64,000 nt of DNA from Psilocybe cubensis (lineage: Eukaryota). Positions 1 through 12,788 of this stretch are shown in pieces; the first letter of the stretch is position 1; every line of letters starts with the position of its first letter. The notes under the pieces are model-generated. The model was not told the origin of the DNA. It worked only from the letters and a program-made list of their open reading frames with translations, and did not search any database. Position numbers and translations under genes: made by a program. Where the stretch lies: positions 2,232,001 through 2,296,000 of the forward strand of contig CM039008.1 of assembly GCA_017499595.2 (NCBI GenBank). The letters run 5' to 3'.

Positions 1-228
1 TATAATTACCAGGCTAAGATAAACGTAAACACTCCAACTCCACAATGTACCTGTCACTGCATGTAGAACACATGTAGAAACGACTACAGGAAGTGGGAGA
101 CCAAATCTGTGCTAACAGTGAGATTCAAACCGTTTTAAAAGTCATTTTCCATGTTTCTGAATCAAGTTAAATACTACTAATGACACTAATAGGTTTCAAG
201 AAAAGTGTCCTTGATATACTTTCCGTGT

Positions 229-2760
229 TCATTGCGCCGCTTTGATTAAATCTGCTGCCCTCTCAGCAAGTAGATATACAGGTCCTTGTGTATGACAGCT
301 CGGTGTAAATGGCTAGCAGTACCAAATAACCGAGAAACAATCAGCTATCCAAAACCAAAACCAAAAAAAAAAAAAAGGCAAACGACAACGTACAAACACA
401 GACGCATCTACAATGCGCACACTGCCCCCCGCTCCCTTCAGCGTCAAATCCGGGTTAACCACACCCCACGTCGCACCGACAGGCGCCATCGCCGCCGTGC
501 CAACCCCATGGAACGCGCTCAGAGCAACCGACCGGACGTATGCCTCGATAAGCGTGTCGTTTCCCGTCAGTGCAGCGGCGAACGTCTGCCCGAACGGAGC
601 ACTTATGTACCCCGCCCACGCGGGCGCAGCAAGAAAGCGCTGTACACCGTGCACAGACTCGATCGCGGCAAGCTTGTCAAATTCTGCGGAGATGTATTGG
701 GGGTCCACAAGTGGTGGTATAAGCGGGTTGGCACTTTGCAAAGCCACTGTTCCGCCTGTTTGGAGCGGGTGGATGGGATGGGTGAGCTGGTGATGAGTAC
801 GGATAGGCCAGAGCGGAGTTGGTTTATTTATTACGTACGGGACTTTGGTGCGACTATGATTGTGACGACTGTAAGGAAATTTCCGGTGGGCGGTACTTCG
901 ACGCCAGGCTGAAAAAATAAATTCTGATATTTACCATTCAATTGGATTCATTAATCACAAGTTTTAACATGCATGCATCAAACCACTCACGCTGAATATA
1001 ATCTCCCAGTGCGGAGAATTTGGGCCAGCCGCTGTATCAATTGCCATCTTGAAGATAGTAGAGTTATCCGGAATCTTGACAAACCCATAATTATTCGCAA
1101 CCGTATTCGCAAAGTCGCCCGTCTTATTCAACTTCCACTGGGCCATTGCGGCTGCCGCAGCACCACTTGTGTTTCTAAGTAGTGAGTCGAGGGTGTCGTT
1201 CGTGGTGACTTGGAAGATGTTTGGAATGAGGATGTGGTCGCTCAAGTTGGCCCCGACGGAGGGATTGTGGATGGTTGTGTCAATTTGGAGACGAGTTAGT
1301 GCGGTGCTGTCCCCGATCCCGGACAGCTGCAGGAGCTGGGATGTCCCAACTGTACCAGCTGATAAAATGATGCTTTTCATCGCAGTCACAGTATGCTTTG
1401 TGCCTAACCCACCAAACGCGAAAAAATTATAAGGGTTAATTTATCTCTATTAAACACTGGACGAATAAAAAATAATACAACACCGAGAGTAAGATTCCCG
1501 GGAGGCGGGGACTGGACAAACTGCAATTTTCCATATACCGGTTCGCCAGATGATGCGTTCATTCCAGTTTGGAGCAATACCACCGCGGTTGCATTGACGA
1601 GCACTACCAAATTCGGCCGGTCATTCGCACCGGCGAGATACGTACTCGACGAGCTGCTTCGAGTGCCGTCTCCTATACTGGACTGGATGAATCCGAGCCC
1701 AAGCATTGTGTGGTTCCCGCCGGCTGTGTCCTCGTTGAACGGGAATTCGGCCGATAATTGTTGTGTTGTGCTTAGAACGCGAGAGTCTATGGAGAGGTTA
1801 CTTCCTGGAAGGCTGATGGGTACTTCGCCGGCTGTTCCGTGGTCTGCAGTGACAATCTGGCCGGTGGTATCGTGGGCGTCTGCTGGTTGTACAATTTTAT
1901 CGTGCTATATTAATAGATTATGATATGATAACAGACCTATGACTCAGGAATGTCAAATAGACGATGGTGCACGGCTTACTTTGGCGATATATTGTCGGAT
2001 ATTGGTCCAGTTCCACCCTGGATCACCCACAACCGAAGCAAGTCTATTCCAGTCATCCATGGTCCCGTACTGGTGAAACATAAAATCTAAACATACGGCA
2101 GCTCTCGATGAGAATGCATTAAAGACCACAATGAAACGACGCACTAATGCTGCTAGACCCTCCGAGAACTCTGCCTCGATTGAACGGCACAGTTCTATTG
2201 TTCAACCCCGGCTGAACAACGGTTGTTGTATTCCAATCGAACTCCGTATCTTTTCAATTTCGATACATTAGAGAATCAGGAATCAGTGTACTTGAAGTGT
2301 ATTCATTGAAAAGTTGAAGCATACTCGGCGCCAAAATAGGCCCTAGAAACGGCACTTGAAGAGGAACATTCTTCTGGTCACTGACAGTAGGAACAAATAA
2401 TTCGATGAGATGGATTACAAAGTGACACTTCTGAATGCTGAAGTGAATGACATACTTGATTCCTGCCTCCAGTACTAGAACGGTTATCGAGGAGTTTTCA
2501 GTCAACCGATTCGCGATGACCAGCCCGGCTGTGCCCCCTTGTATATTCACAATATGATACGATAAGTCAAAGTCAAAGTCAATCGGGATGCGTTTAAATT
2601 ATTTCTCACCACCAACAATCACATAGTCGTACACAGACGTGTTGAACTGTAACGGAAGGGTGATGATGATCGCTCCAGTTGGCAGAAAAAAGCGATTCAA
2701 TAGGAGAAATAGAACGAAAAAGCAAGCATGAGATCGGAGCGTCCAGGGAGCAGGAGTCAT
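229..2760 (-). CDS. Secreted GMC oxidoreductase (CAZy AA3_2, aryl-alcohol oxidase-like), multi-exon
   Basis: Hydrophobic N-terminus, YDYVIVGG|GTAGLVIANRLTE FAD motif, RGRVLGGSS, IILSAGTVGTSQLLQLSGIG, VGANLSDH, AFHGVGTAAM, RIVDASVF, and a last exon PFTPSCHTQGPVYLLAERAADLIKAAQ-stop. His/His catalytic pair as in AAO-type enzymes. Confidence 0.93.
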
Positions 2761-3276
2761 TGCTTGCTCAGGAAGGGGAAGCATTCATTCATCTATTCAT
2801 TCTGCTAGTCCGAGTTTTGATCTGGATCTATTTTTTTTGCAGTGCATATGTGCCACACCGTCAGGTGTACCGTGTAAGATGATATAACTAAGAACACACA
2901 CAACTTCTCACATCCGTGTGTAGCACCGTCCAAGACATCAAGGTACCAAAATCAAGGAATATTTTACTGACGATTTACCTGTTTAACTAGGCGCAAGTTG
3001 GGAATGTTAACAGTATGTAGCGATAGGGATACCAAGTACAAAGTAACATTGTGATATAGTCATTCCTTATCTACGTGAACCGTTAGACCTCACATCAATC
3101 CGACAAAAATACTGCTCTGTAGGATGGACGGACATAGCCTAAATTTCTCTGGAGTCGATTCTTATTCGCATCGCATTGCACTGCTGCGCAAGAGAACTAT
3201 CGACAGTCGTCCAAATTCGCCCAGTGTTCCATATTTACCTCATATCCCCTTGGAATATGGCTTTTACCCCTCATAA

Positions 3277-5050
3277 TTATACATAATTACACCACACATT
3301 CCCCCACCGATCCTGCGCAACACGCGTAGCTCCCGCTCCCTCTTCCCCATCCTCACCATCGAGATATCCAACTCCATAGCTCGCCTTAGCGCCTACTGTG
3401 GTTGTTCCTATGATCATCGCACCAATATTAGTGTTAGGTACATCGAAATCCAAAAGAAAAGAAAACCCAAAGAAAACCACAAAACACAAAACCTCACTCA
3501 CCAAATTCAACAACCCCTGGACACCGAAACCCAACAAAAGGCGGACACGCGCGATCCGCAGCATAGCACTGCTCCACACACGGTAGCAGTGCTGTATACC
3601 CTGTCTGTAGCACGGGTAGGAACGGGTTGCGCGGGGTCGAAGAGGGTGGAATGGACTGGAGGGCCGGACGAGGCGGGGTGGGGATGGTGAGTGGTTTTTG
3701 TTGTTGGGATTGTCTTTTCTGAGGGCCCGAAGCTCCTTCCGCCAAAGACGCCCCCGATGCCGGCTCTTCCCCACACCTCACAAACGACACTGCACAAAGC
3801 CACGCCCTGTACGCACGCTCACAATCATCGCACCCCACCACGGGTGAGTACCAGTCACGCCCACACGCGTGCGTCGTCAGCACTGCCGTAAAGTTCGCAA
3901 AGTAGCTTAGCAGGGGGGTGGTTAAGGTTGATGGGAGCGTGGATGCCGCGTCGGTGTATGTGTCGCCGTTAGATGGAGGAGGGAGAGGCACGGCATACGA
4001 TATAGACGGGCAGTAGGGCAGAGAGTGCACCAGTGGGCACGTAAACGCCGCTAATGCAAATCGTCAGGGGAGAAACAAGAAAAACCAAACGACTTACCAG
4101 ACTTGGTAGCAAAATACACTGGCCCGCTGACCTTTGTCTCGTCCACCACGACATACGCCGTGTAATTCGTCGACGGCGTCAGGCCCTCCACGACCCACTG
4201 CATCCTCCACCCAAGAGCATCGCCGCGTGCCCATACAGTCTCGCTCGCGATCGTCCCGACGCTGTCTTCTCGGGTAAGGAGGGCGCAACCTGTCCTTAGT
4301 TCTACGTTGTTGGGATTGGTAACGGTGATGAGCAGGGTCATGTTCGGTGGTGAGACCCCAGCAGGAAGCGGTGGCTGGGACATGTTTGCAGCGGGCAGTG
4401 TGTAGTTTGGATATGTCGGTCTACGGTTGAGGTCAGTGTTGTCTGGCAGTGCGAGAAAGGGCGCGGAGAAAATGAGAGCTTGGTTCGACGTGGTGTCGCC
4501 GAGCAGGGGGAGTGCATCGAGAGTTTGGTGGATGGGGTCTGGAGAACAGTAAGACAGAAAATGAATATACAAAACATAACTCACCACCCTCAGCCACACC
4601 CACATCGAAATCCACACCGTCCTCATCACCCTCAACAGCCAGCACCCCACCGTTCGGAAACATCCCCCTCCAGCTGCCCACACCATCTTTGAGCTCAATC
4701 TCCCACGTATCCTGAAAGCCAGGACTCGATGGACCCGGATCGTCCTGTGTGTCCCAATTGCTCGCGTTTGTCACAAAGAATCTCAGATTCGTGTTCTTAT
4801 CCACATTTGCACTCGACTCACTGCTGCACAGAGCAACACTCACGCCGTACTCCCCGTCCGCATCTTGCTTTGGAATAGCAAAGGAACGCGAGGCGGGGGA
4901 GAGGCGGGAAGATGTGAACGAGGAGACGCGGTTGAGTGGGAGGAGAGGGCGCGATTGGGCGTGGGTGTAAGGGAGGAATGAGGTGAGGAAGAAGAAGAGG
5001 AGGAGGAGCGGGAGGTGGAGGAGAGACGTCGTCGTCGTCGTCGTCCTTAT
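3277..5050 (-). CDS. MID1: Mid1 regulatory subunit of the Cch1 Ca2+ channel; start codon non-canonical or unresolved
   Basis: Cys-rich C-terminus CGRDWYSPVVGCDDCERAYRAWLCAVSFVRC...LLPCVEQCYAADRACPPFVGFRCP and terminal AQDRWGNVWCN; GLTPSTNYTAY segment; signal-peptide-like LLHLPLLLLFFFLTSFLPYTHA. The 5' end is placed at the ATA codon 5050-5048. Confidence 0.9.
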
Positions 5051-5111
5051 GGTTGTTGTGGTTGTTGTTGATGTCGTCGTCGTTGTCGTCGTCGTCGTCG
5101 TAGTCGTTGTC
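5028..5111. repeat. Compound (GTC)n/(GTT)n trinucleotide microsatellite
   Basis: Directly visible; spans the MID1 5' leader and N-terminal poly-Thr. Confidence 0.9.
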
Positions 5112-6712
5112 GAAGTCGGAAAGTGCACGTAAGTGCTGACAGTCACGGGACTCAATGTAATTTCCCACGGACACGCCGCCCGAAAAGGGTAAGATCTAGG
5201 GGCCCTGGACGACCGGACGACGTCGTACCAAATTTAATTCTCTATCGTGTTAATTAGTATCCTAGGCGAATATGAAGTATAGTCAGCAATCGTATCACCC
5301 AGTGAATGCAATGATAATCAGTCCTCGAGACTCTTAGTGCCTGAGAATCAAGAGATTTCAGAACTAGTAGTAGAAGTGCTTGAAAGTGGTATGTCCTAGC
5401 GATACCACTCATTGCATGCTAATTGAAATTCTAGATATTAATCATTCCTGGCTGCCTTCTTGATCCGTAATTTTCTGCTTATCTACTTGGATATAATAGA
5501 CGCGCGCTTGTCTATACGATTAATTGTGTTACGCAGGGTACAGGACCTTGTCTCTATTCAAGTTGTCAGTATGGTGTGTTTCATTTTTATCACGACGTAT
5601 ACAGTTCTGAGGTTGGATCTGTGTACCTTTGCACAAATCATTCACATATATATCTCGTTTCTAATTAGTATGCTCGAAGGACGTTTTTTTTTTGCTTAGA
5701 GCGCTAAAAATTATATTGTGCTAAGGTAGTCCTGCTGCCGGGATGCCGGGGTGCCGCCTTAATAATTAAAATGTCATAATATGCCAGCTTCTGACCACCA
5801 ACGAGAGCAAGGTCGGTGAAAAACTGTACTTACTGCGTACGTATTCCAATTCGAACGTTGAATATAATTTTGAAACGTTGGACAACAAGATGTTCAAACC
5901 TGCCTCCATTCTGCGGACTGTCACTGACCGATCAAAGCGGGAGGTGTGGCCAATGACCTCTGTGTGTGACAAGTCACGCCCGACGTCGGTCCTTTGACGG
6001 GCTAGTGACGTCAAGCTCGTAATGATCTTTGTATTCTCGGGTCTTACAGAAAGATACACACAATTTGGAGCATGAGGGTCTTCCCAGAGGATGAGTTAGA
6101 AAGAGCGGAAATTATCTTTTAAATCGGATTATAATTATTGCATCTTCTGGGTTTGAAATCTTGCCTTTTGCCCCACATATATTGGTTTCGGCATCTCGCG
6201 GCTCAGTTTCCACGAATATTTGTTCAAGTCAGACGATTAAGCTTCAAAACTAATACATTCAAACTGACAAAAGACACAATACACGGTACCGTGGGGTAGT
6301 GAGTCAATAGTACAATGGAGTCATAAAGCAAAAGTATCCCATTACGGCCATATGGTAATCTTGTTAACATAAATTAACCTGAACACTGACGCAAAGACCA
6401 CGATTTAAATTAGTAAGGCAGGGGTGATACAAATCCGCCTCGTCCAATGCCAATCCAAAGCGCCATCAATTTTACATAGATACGTCTTCGGTTAGCTCTT
6501 TAAAACATTGGTCAAGTCACAATTCAGCGAAATGGGTGCTTTATCTTAGCCTACAGGCTCGGTTCCGACCTCGAGTTGACAAAGAGGACGTGACGCATAT
6601 GATCTTCAGAACGCGGTCCAAGCGATGTAGAGTCACAAACTCGTATGTATATAAGAACTAACGCAAGATACATCCAGTCCACAATATCCAACACAACTTT
6701 AAAGATCACACA

Positions 6713-7805
6713 ATGACAACACTGGCGAACAAAACTGTCGTCGTCGTAGGAGGCTCCTCCGGAATCGGATTCGCCGTTGCGCTTGGAGCACTCCAATCGC
6801 AAGCGAGCGTCGTGATCATTGCTTCGAGCGCGCAATCGCGCGTCGACGACGCCCTCGCGAGGCTTAGATCGTATAACCTGCCTGGGGAGGTCCGTGGCGA
6901 GGTTTTAGACGCCAAAGACTCGAACGCGGTCAAAGAATTCGCTATCTCACTCGGGACTGTTGACCATATCGTCTGGACCAGTGCTGATGTCCCCAAAGCT
7001 GAGCAGGGGACTGGCACATTTCCTTTTTCAAACGCGGACACTGTCGAGCAGGGGCAAGGTGAGAAGACACTACGGAGTCGAATTTGCCGTGTATCCATTG
7101 ACCCGTTGATGTGTTTAAAACAAATTAAGGAAGCTTCACTGTCAAATTCTGGGGGCCATTTATTCTCTCAAAGCATGCAAAGTTCCATCCAGGTGGATCG
7201 TTAACGCTCACATCTGGTCAATCAGGTTTTTAAGTGAATTGGAATAAGTCAAAACTGACATCTCGTGCTACATATAGGGCTGGCTGGTTTCAAGCCGTTC
7301 CCTGGAGGCTCGCTTGGGAGTGGCGTTTCGACTGCTCTCGAGGGATTGACCAGAGGTCTGGCTGTGGACCTCGCACCTGTTCGAGTGAATCTCATCTCCC
7401 CAGGCTTGGTAAGAACATTATCACCTTCCATTTTCCCATCATTCCATTCAAACTAAATTGCAATATGCTTGTCTAGATTCAAACAGAGGTTCGTGTCCAA
7501 TGTGCTCTTTGATTTACATTCCCAAATTACTCACACGTGCTATTTCCAAAATTCTATAGCTCGTTGAAAAGATCTTCGGACAACATAAAGATCAGGCAGT
7601 GTCTACTTTGAGCGAGAAAACTGTCTTAAAACGAGGTGGCTCTCCGAGCGAGGTACGTCCATTTTGCATATGTTCTCAGGTCAACGGGCGTTTATTTACA
7701 CGCTAAATATATCTTTAGTGCGCCGAGGCATATCTCTTCGTTATGAAGTGTGGGTATATTACCGGCCAAAACATTTGCGTAGAAGGAGGTTATTTACTCA
7801 CATAG
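6713..7805 (+). CDS. Atypical short-chain dehydrogenase/reductase lacking YxxxK, multi-exon
   Basis: VVVVGGSSGIGFAVA Rossmann motif, VDHIVWTS, GLTRGLAVDLAPVRVNLISPG, 12-nt exon IQTE, terminal YITGQNICVEGGYLLT-stop at 7803-7805. Confidence 0.9.
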
Positions 7806-8592
7806 TTGGCAATGCGGCCTGAGCCTGCCAACAATAATTGGTAAAAAAATAAAACAAATGTCCCGAACGATTGTACATCATTATTTATCAACGCCACAGT
7901 CATTTGTGTATCTCGAACGAAATATAACACTTTAATTGCAGAAGGAACGACCTCATACACACTACCCATTCCTACCCAGACTGATGGTTACGACTTCCTG
8001 ACTCCGCGAGCGACAACTCTATTTTATCACAATGACAGGGTCAAAGTCGCATCGGCCTCCTTCTCTGAATGAAGCTTTGCGATGAAGTGTATAGTAAATT
8101 AGCCTTGGGAGGCCCTCAGCCATGCAAATGTGAGCAGATCATGTGTGGGGTGTGGCGAGAACTCCTTCAGAGCTGGGGGATTAACGGGGGAATGCGGTGG
8201 AACTTTGATTTGGTCGCATCCAAATCCTAGGTTTTGGGGAAAACCTGTGCAAACCGATATAAAGCAGCACAGCCATCGACCTTTATCGGTAGTCGCTGTA
8301 GTCGTATCTTATGACTTTAATTGTTGATGTTGCCGCCTTATCTTCCGTGGATATGGGGCAGTACTTGATACTTCAAGCCCCAAGTACACGAGTACTGGTA
8401 GTATACTCATTCACAACCTTATCAACACATCCACCACCTTCTGCTAGCACACTTCCGACGCAATGAAGTCACTACCCGTGACTAAATTCGTGCCATCTAA
8501 GGACGAACTGGCGCTAGCCGAGCAGATGTTGCGCAACACCCACGCCAAAACGAGATGGACGCAGCCTTAGCTGCTAGTTGAAGCCTTCATAT

Positions 8593-8884
8593 CTGGCAGT
8601 TGCCAGGTGTATGGGAAGTATCTACGCTGGCAACTGCCAGGTGCCACATTTGAAGTCTTCAGCTGGGCGATGGTCAATACAGCCAAACAAATCCCAAACA
8701 CGGTGAGCGGGGCCCCGCCGGGCGCGAAAAATGGCGTAGCTCGTTGTTCGGGCGGCCGTTTGGGGCGGAAAAAAATGCGTCGGGGTCGGTTCGATGAGCA
8801 GACCACGTCGGCATTGTTTTCGCGACGTTATGGACAGCGGGCGGGGTGGATGGGGCGGGGCGACGTTGGATGACGCCCGCATTA
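8593..8884. repeat. Left inverted arm of the outer element, outer part (pairs with 14289-14580)
   Basis: Reverse complement of 14289-14580; identical by eye, and the ORF track shows identical peptides on opposite strands. Confidence 0.95.
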
Positions 8885-11800
8885 CTGTACCCGACCCTGA
8901 AACCGGCCAACCCCGGAAAATGGCCACTGAGCAATTTTGACGAGTTGTATAGCAGTTTCTTTCAATCTTTTTGTGTATTACTGCTCTTGTGGTACTTCTA
9001 CACCACATCAGAAACTTTTAGAGCAAGGCAGTAAGTATTGCTGCCACAATCTTGCCAATACACCGTGAGATTTCACCATCACCATTGATTTGCTAATCAT
9101 TCTCACGTCTAATCCATAATTATCGACTTGGTCAAACACAACAACTGCGCTGAGCAGACACAAAAACAGTATACGTCGGTCATATATAGCCCTGGCTACA
9201 ATATACATTCGATTCCAAGTAGATATCTCCAGAGAATATTCCGAGAATTGGAAATTAAGTGCATGACTTGACTGATTTGCCTATTTAAACATATGCATAT
9301 TGTATGCAGTATTCGGAGAAGATGAGGAAAAATTGCGGCAAACAATGACTTGATCTACAGTGATAACACTTCAAGGTACCACAATCTCGCTTCTCTTATT
9401 TTTTGCGATTTTTTTAGGCTTGAAATATGACAATCAGTAAAAAGTAGCTAATTTTGAACACCTTCAACATTGAAAGAAGTTCTTCAGAACGGCTAAAGAT
9501 CGGCAGAAATTGAAGGCGCGTTTGTGTTTTGCAATGTCCTATGACATTGAATACCAATTTTTGAATGATAGAACCACCATCTCACCAAGTTATAGCACTC
9601 GGAAAAGTGGAAGAATCATACAAAATGCCATAAAAAGTCCGAAGTATGTCCTCCTTTAATTCCACCCCTAGTATATAATAACTAAGTAGGATACACTGTC
9701 AGTAGCTACTAGAAATCAGCTGTACTCGCTTTTCTTCCTCAACTACTCACAGAATGTCTACAACCACTCCTGTTTCTCCACATGATTCTACCAATGATGA
9801 CATCCCAGATCTTATCAATAATACTGTAGAAAATCGGATTCAAGAAGCTATTCAGGCCATTATGTCCTCACCTTTAAAGTCTAATGGTCAGCACACACTG
9901 TCAATCCGGGAAGCCTGTCGCATTTACAGTGTCAAGCGTGGAATGTTGACTAATCGGCTAAATGGAGTCAAAACCAAACGTGATGCACATGCAGGCGAAC
10001 GTGCACTTTCAGATGCCGAAGAAAGTATTCTAGTTGATTGGGCAAAGACATTAGGACGACGGGGGTTTCCTGTAACTCAGGACATGCTTCGGGAATATGC
10101 TTCAGTAAGTGCTATTTTGTTATATTGTATGTGCTGTGATTGGTAATCTGTTACTTATACTGTACTATTTTTTAGGAAATATCACAACAGAAAATTGGTA
10201 TCAACTGGCCCCGGAAGTTTTTGGAACGACATACTGATCTTAAAATCAAAAAAACCTCTGCACTTGAGGAATGTCGGGCCCGCTCTTTGAATACGACAGT
10301 TGTTGGAGAGTTTTTTGTGATGATCAAAGATCTAATCGAGGCATGTAAAAATATCATCCCTAGATATGACATAATTCAAAGATCTCCTTGATTTAGGAAT
10401 ATGATATCATACCAAGCAACATCTATAACTCAGATGAAAAAGGAATACAACTTGGCGTTGGAAAAGCTGTTTCTGCAATTGTTGACAAAACACAGAAAAA
10501 TGTACAACAAGTTGAAAATGGGAACCGTGAAATGGTGACTATTATTGAAACCATTTGTGCTGATGGCACATCACTTTCGCCATCAGTTATCTATCAAGCA
10601 AAGCGGCGTATATTGGAATGGGGAAAGGATAATCCATCTAACGCTAGGTAGACTTTCTGTTATATTGTATATAATGCAAACTCAGATATTTTATACATTT
10701 AATACAGTTTATCTATTTCGGAAAATGGGTGGACTGATAAAGAGCTTGGAAGCATGTGGCTAGAGCGGGATTTTCATCCAAAATCAGAAGAGCGCAACAC
10801 ATCTGGAGGGTACCGGTTGCTTATACTTGATGGTCACAACTCACACTGCACTTTCAAGCTTTGCCGCTTTGCAGAACGGAACAAGATTGTCATTGTTTGC
10901 CTCCCTTCCCATACTACCCATGTGTTGCAGCCTTGTGATGTTGGTGCTTTCAGCCCGTTATCCAATAGCTGGAAATCACTGGTAAACCGGTTAACACGCG
11001 ACGGCATTCCTGTTACCAAGTTTAACTTTCTCCGACATTACCACACTGCACGAGAAAAGGCATTCAAAAGGTCTACAATTATTTCTGCATTTGCAAAAAC
11101 CGGCATCTGGCCTATCAATCCGGGAATTATTCCATTAGAAGCATACGAGCCATCCAAAAACACAACAACTCAGGCTGCTCTACCCGTTACATCTGATCTT
11201 ACTCCACTTCTCGAGATTGTGCCAGGTAAGTCAATGTATCATTTTTTTACATACAATTAATCAGACACTACATCAGATACAACACAGTCTACACCAAGTG
11301 AGCACAGTATAGGCACACAGTCTGAGGCGGCACCTACTATACTCTCGACTATGTCTTCAGCATCATCTGTTTCGAGTCGATATTGCTTAATTGGATTACC
11401 TCCTTCACTCTCTCATACGGCCGGACGCCCTGAACTATGATTACAAATATCACAACTGCGAAAACTACTCGATGATATGCAAATCCAAATCGAACGGGAC
11501 CATGCAACAAAAACAATTATGGTAAAGGAGAATGAGCGCCTCCGACAACTCTTATATTACCGGGATACTACTAGAAAGAAGACTTACTCATCATCAAATC
11601 CCCGCCATATGACTAGTACCGAGAACCTCAATGAACTTGCAGAGGCTGAGTGGCGACAGGGCTGGAAAGCAATGTTAAAAGAAGCAGGTAAAATACTAAA
11701 GGCAAGGCGGAAGGCAATTGATGATGCGGAGAAGGAGGCTGCACTAGAGGTTAGAATGGCAGAACAGGCTTCAAAGCGAGCAGAGCGAGAGGCAGAGAAG

Positions 11801-12630
11801 CAGAGGCGAGATACTGAAAAGGAAGTAGAGAAAGAAAAAAAGAAAAAGGAGCGAGAGGCAAAGGCTGCAGAAAAGGCTGCAGAAAAGGTAAAGCGGGCTG
11901 AAGAAATAGCTGCAGCAAAAGTCCGAGCACAAGTTCATATACGTGGAAGGGGAGGGGGCAGGAAAAGGGTGACCAGACGAGCTGTTACTGAGACTCACAT
12001 TGATGATGATGCTGATTCGGATCAGGGACTGGCAACAGTGGCTTTTGATGAAGAGTGGAAAAGGATAAGGATGATTGTATATATCGCACCTGAAGAACCT
12101 CAGCCTCCACCAGCCCATCATCAACCAAATCCAACATCCCTTCGCAACAACAACGATGCTCAAGCTGAGCCCCCAACGGTTGAGGCAGCTGACCCACCAC
12201 TTATCAACCTTGAAGATGTTGGTGCAAGACGGTATCCTAGACGTAAAACTCATAAATAGTGGCTATTTCATATGAAAAATGTACAAACAAAGTGTTACCT
12301 TTAGCCGATTGGTGTTAAATGGACGAGGGAGCAAGAACGTTGATGATGACTGCGTAGAAAAGGTGAGAATCCTTATCGCGAGCATCGACTGCGGTCAATA
12401 ATGCCAAGATTCCCACGCCTGGCTGGTTGCCGTGTAAAGCCACATTTTGGGGTTTCGGTAGAAAAATATTCATTGCCCTTCCTCAAAACACTCAAAAAAT
12501 CTGAAAATTTTATATGTTAAAGTTAAGATGTACGCCGACGTTTTTCAAAAAGAATTGTAGCAAACGGTTTGGCAAGGCGCTCGCAATTTGAAGAACATTC
12601 CGAAATGGCCATATTCAGGGTCGGGTACAG
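8885..12630 (+). mobile_element. Tc1/mariner superfamily pogo/Fot1-like transposon nested in the left arm of the outer element
   Basis: TA|CTGTACCCGACCCTGAA ... TTCAGGGTCGGGTACAG|TA: 17-bp perfect TIR, TA TSD at 8883-8884 and 12631-12632, internal transposase gene. Confidence 0.95.
9754..12259 (+). pseudogene. pogo-family DDE_1 transposase (HTH + CENP-B HTH + DDD), with a premature TGA at 11438-11440
   Basis: LSIREACRIYSV HTH, LSDAEESILVDW...RGFP, NSDEKG, NGWTD, ILDGHNSH, PSHTTHVLQPCDV. Four introns, one GC-AG (10341-10396). In-frame TGA in the last exon before the lysine/glutamate-rich tail. Confidence 0.92.
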
Positions 12631-12632
12631 TA

Positions 12633-12788
12633 TTTCTGGGTGATTTCCCGATTTGGGTTGCAGATCATTGATGTATTGATGTAATCAAATTGATCATCAC
12701 CATCAATCCCATCACGCCGCGGCCATCGATTCAGCCAGTGCATGCACCGTGCGCGCGCGCGTTGAAAACGCGCACTGCTCGTTGTCCC
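12633..12788. repeat. Left inverted arm of the outer element, inner part (pairs with 14129-14288)
   Basis: Continues the arm after the pogo TA duplication; about 5 transitions and a (GC)n length difference versus the right arm. Confidence 0.92.

Noticed and set aside
8567-9034. Several 60-130 aa ORFs duplicated at 14291-14828 on the opposite strand
   Set aside because: Artefacts of the GC-rich inverted arms, not genes.
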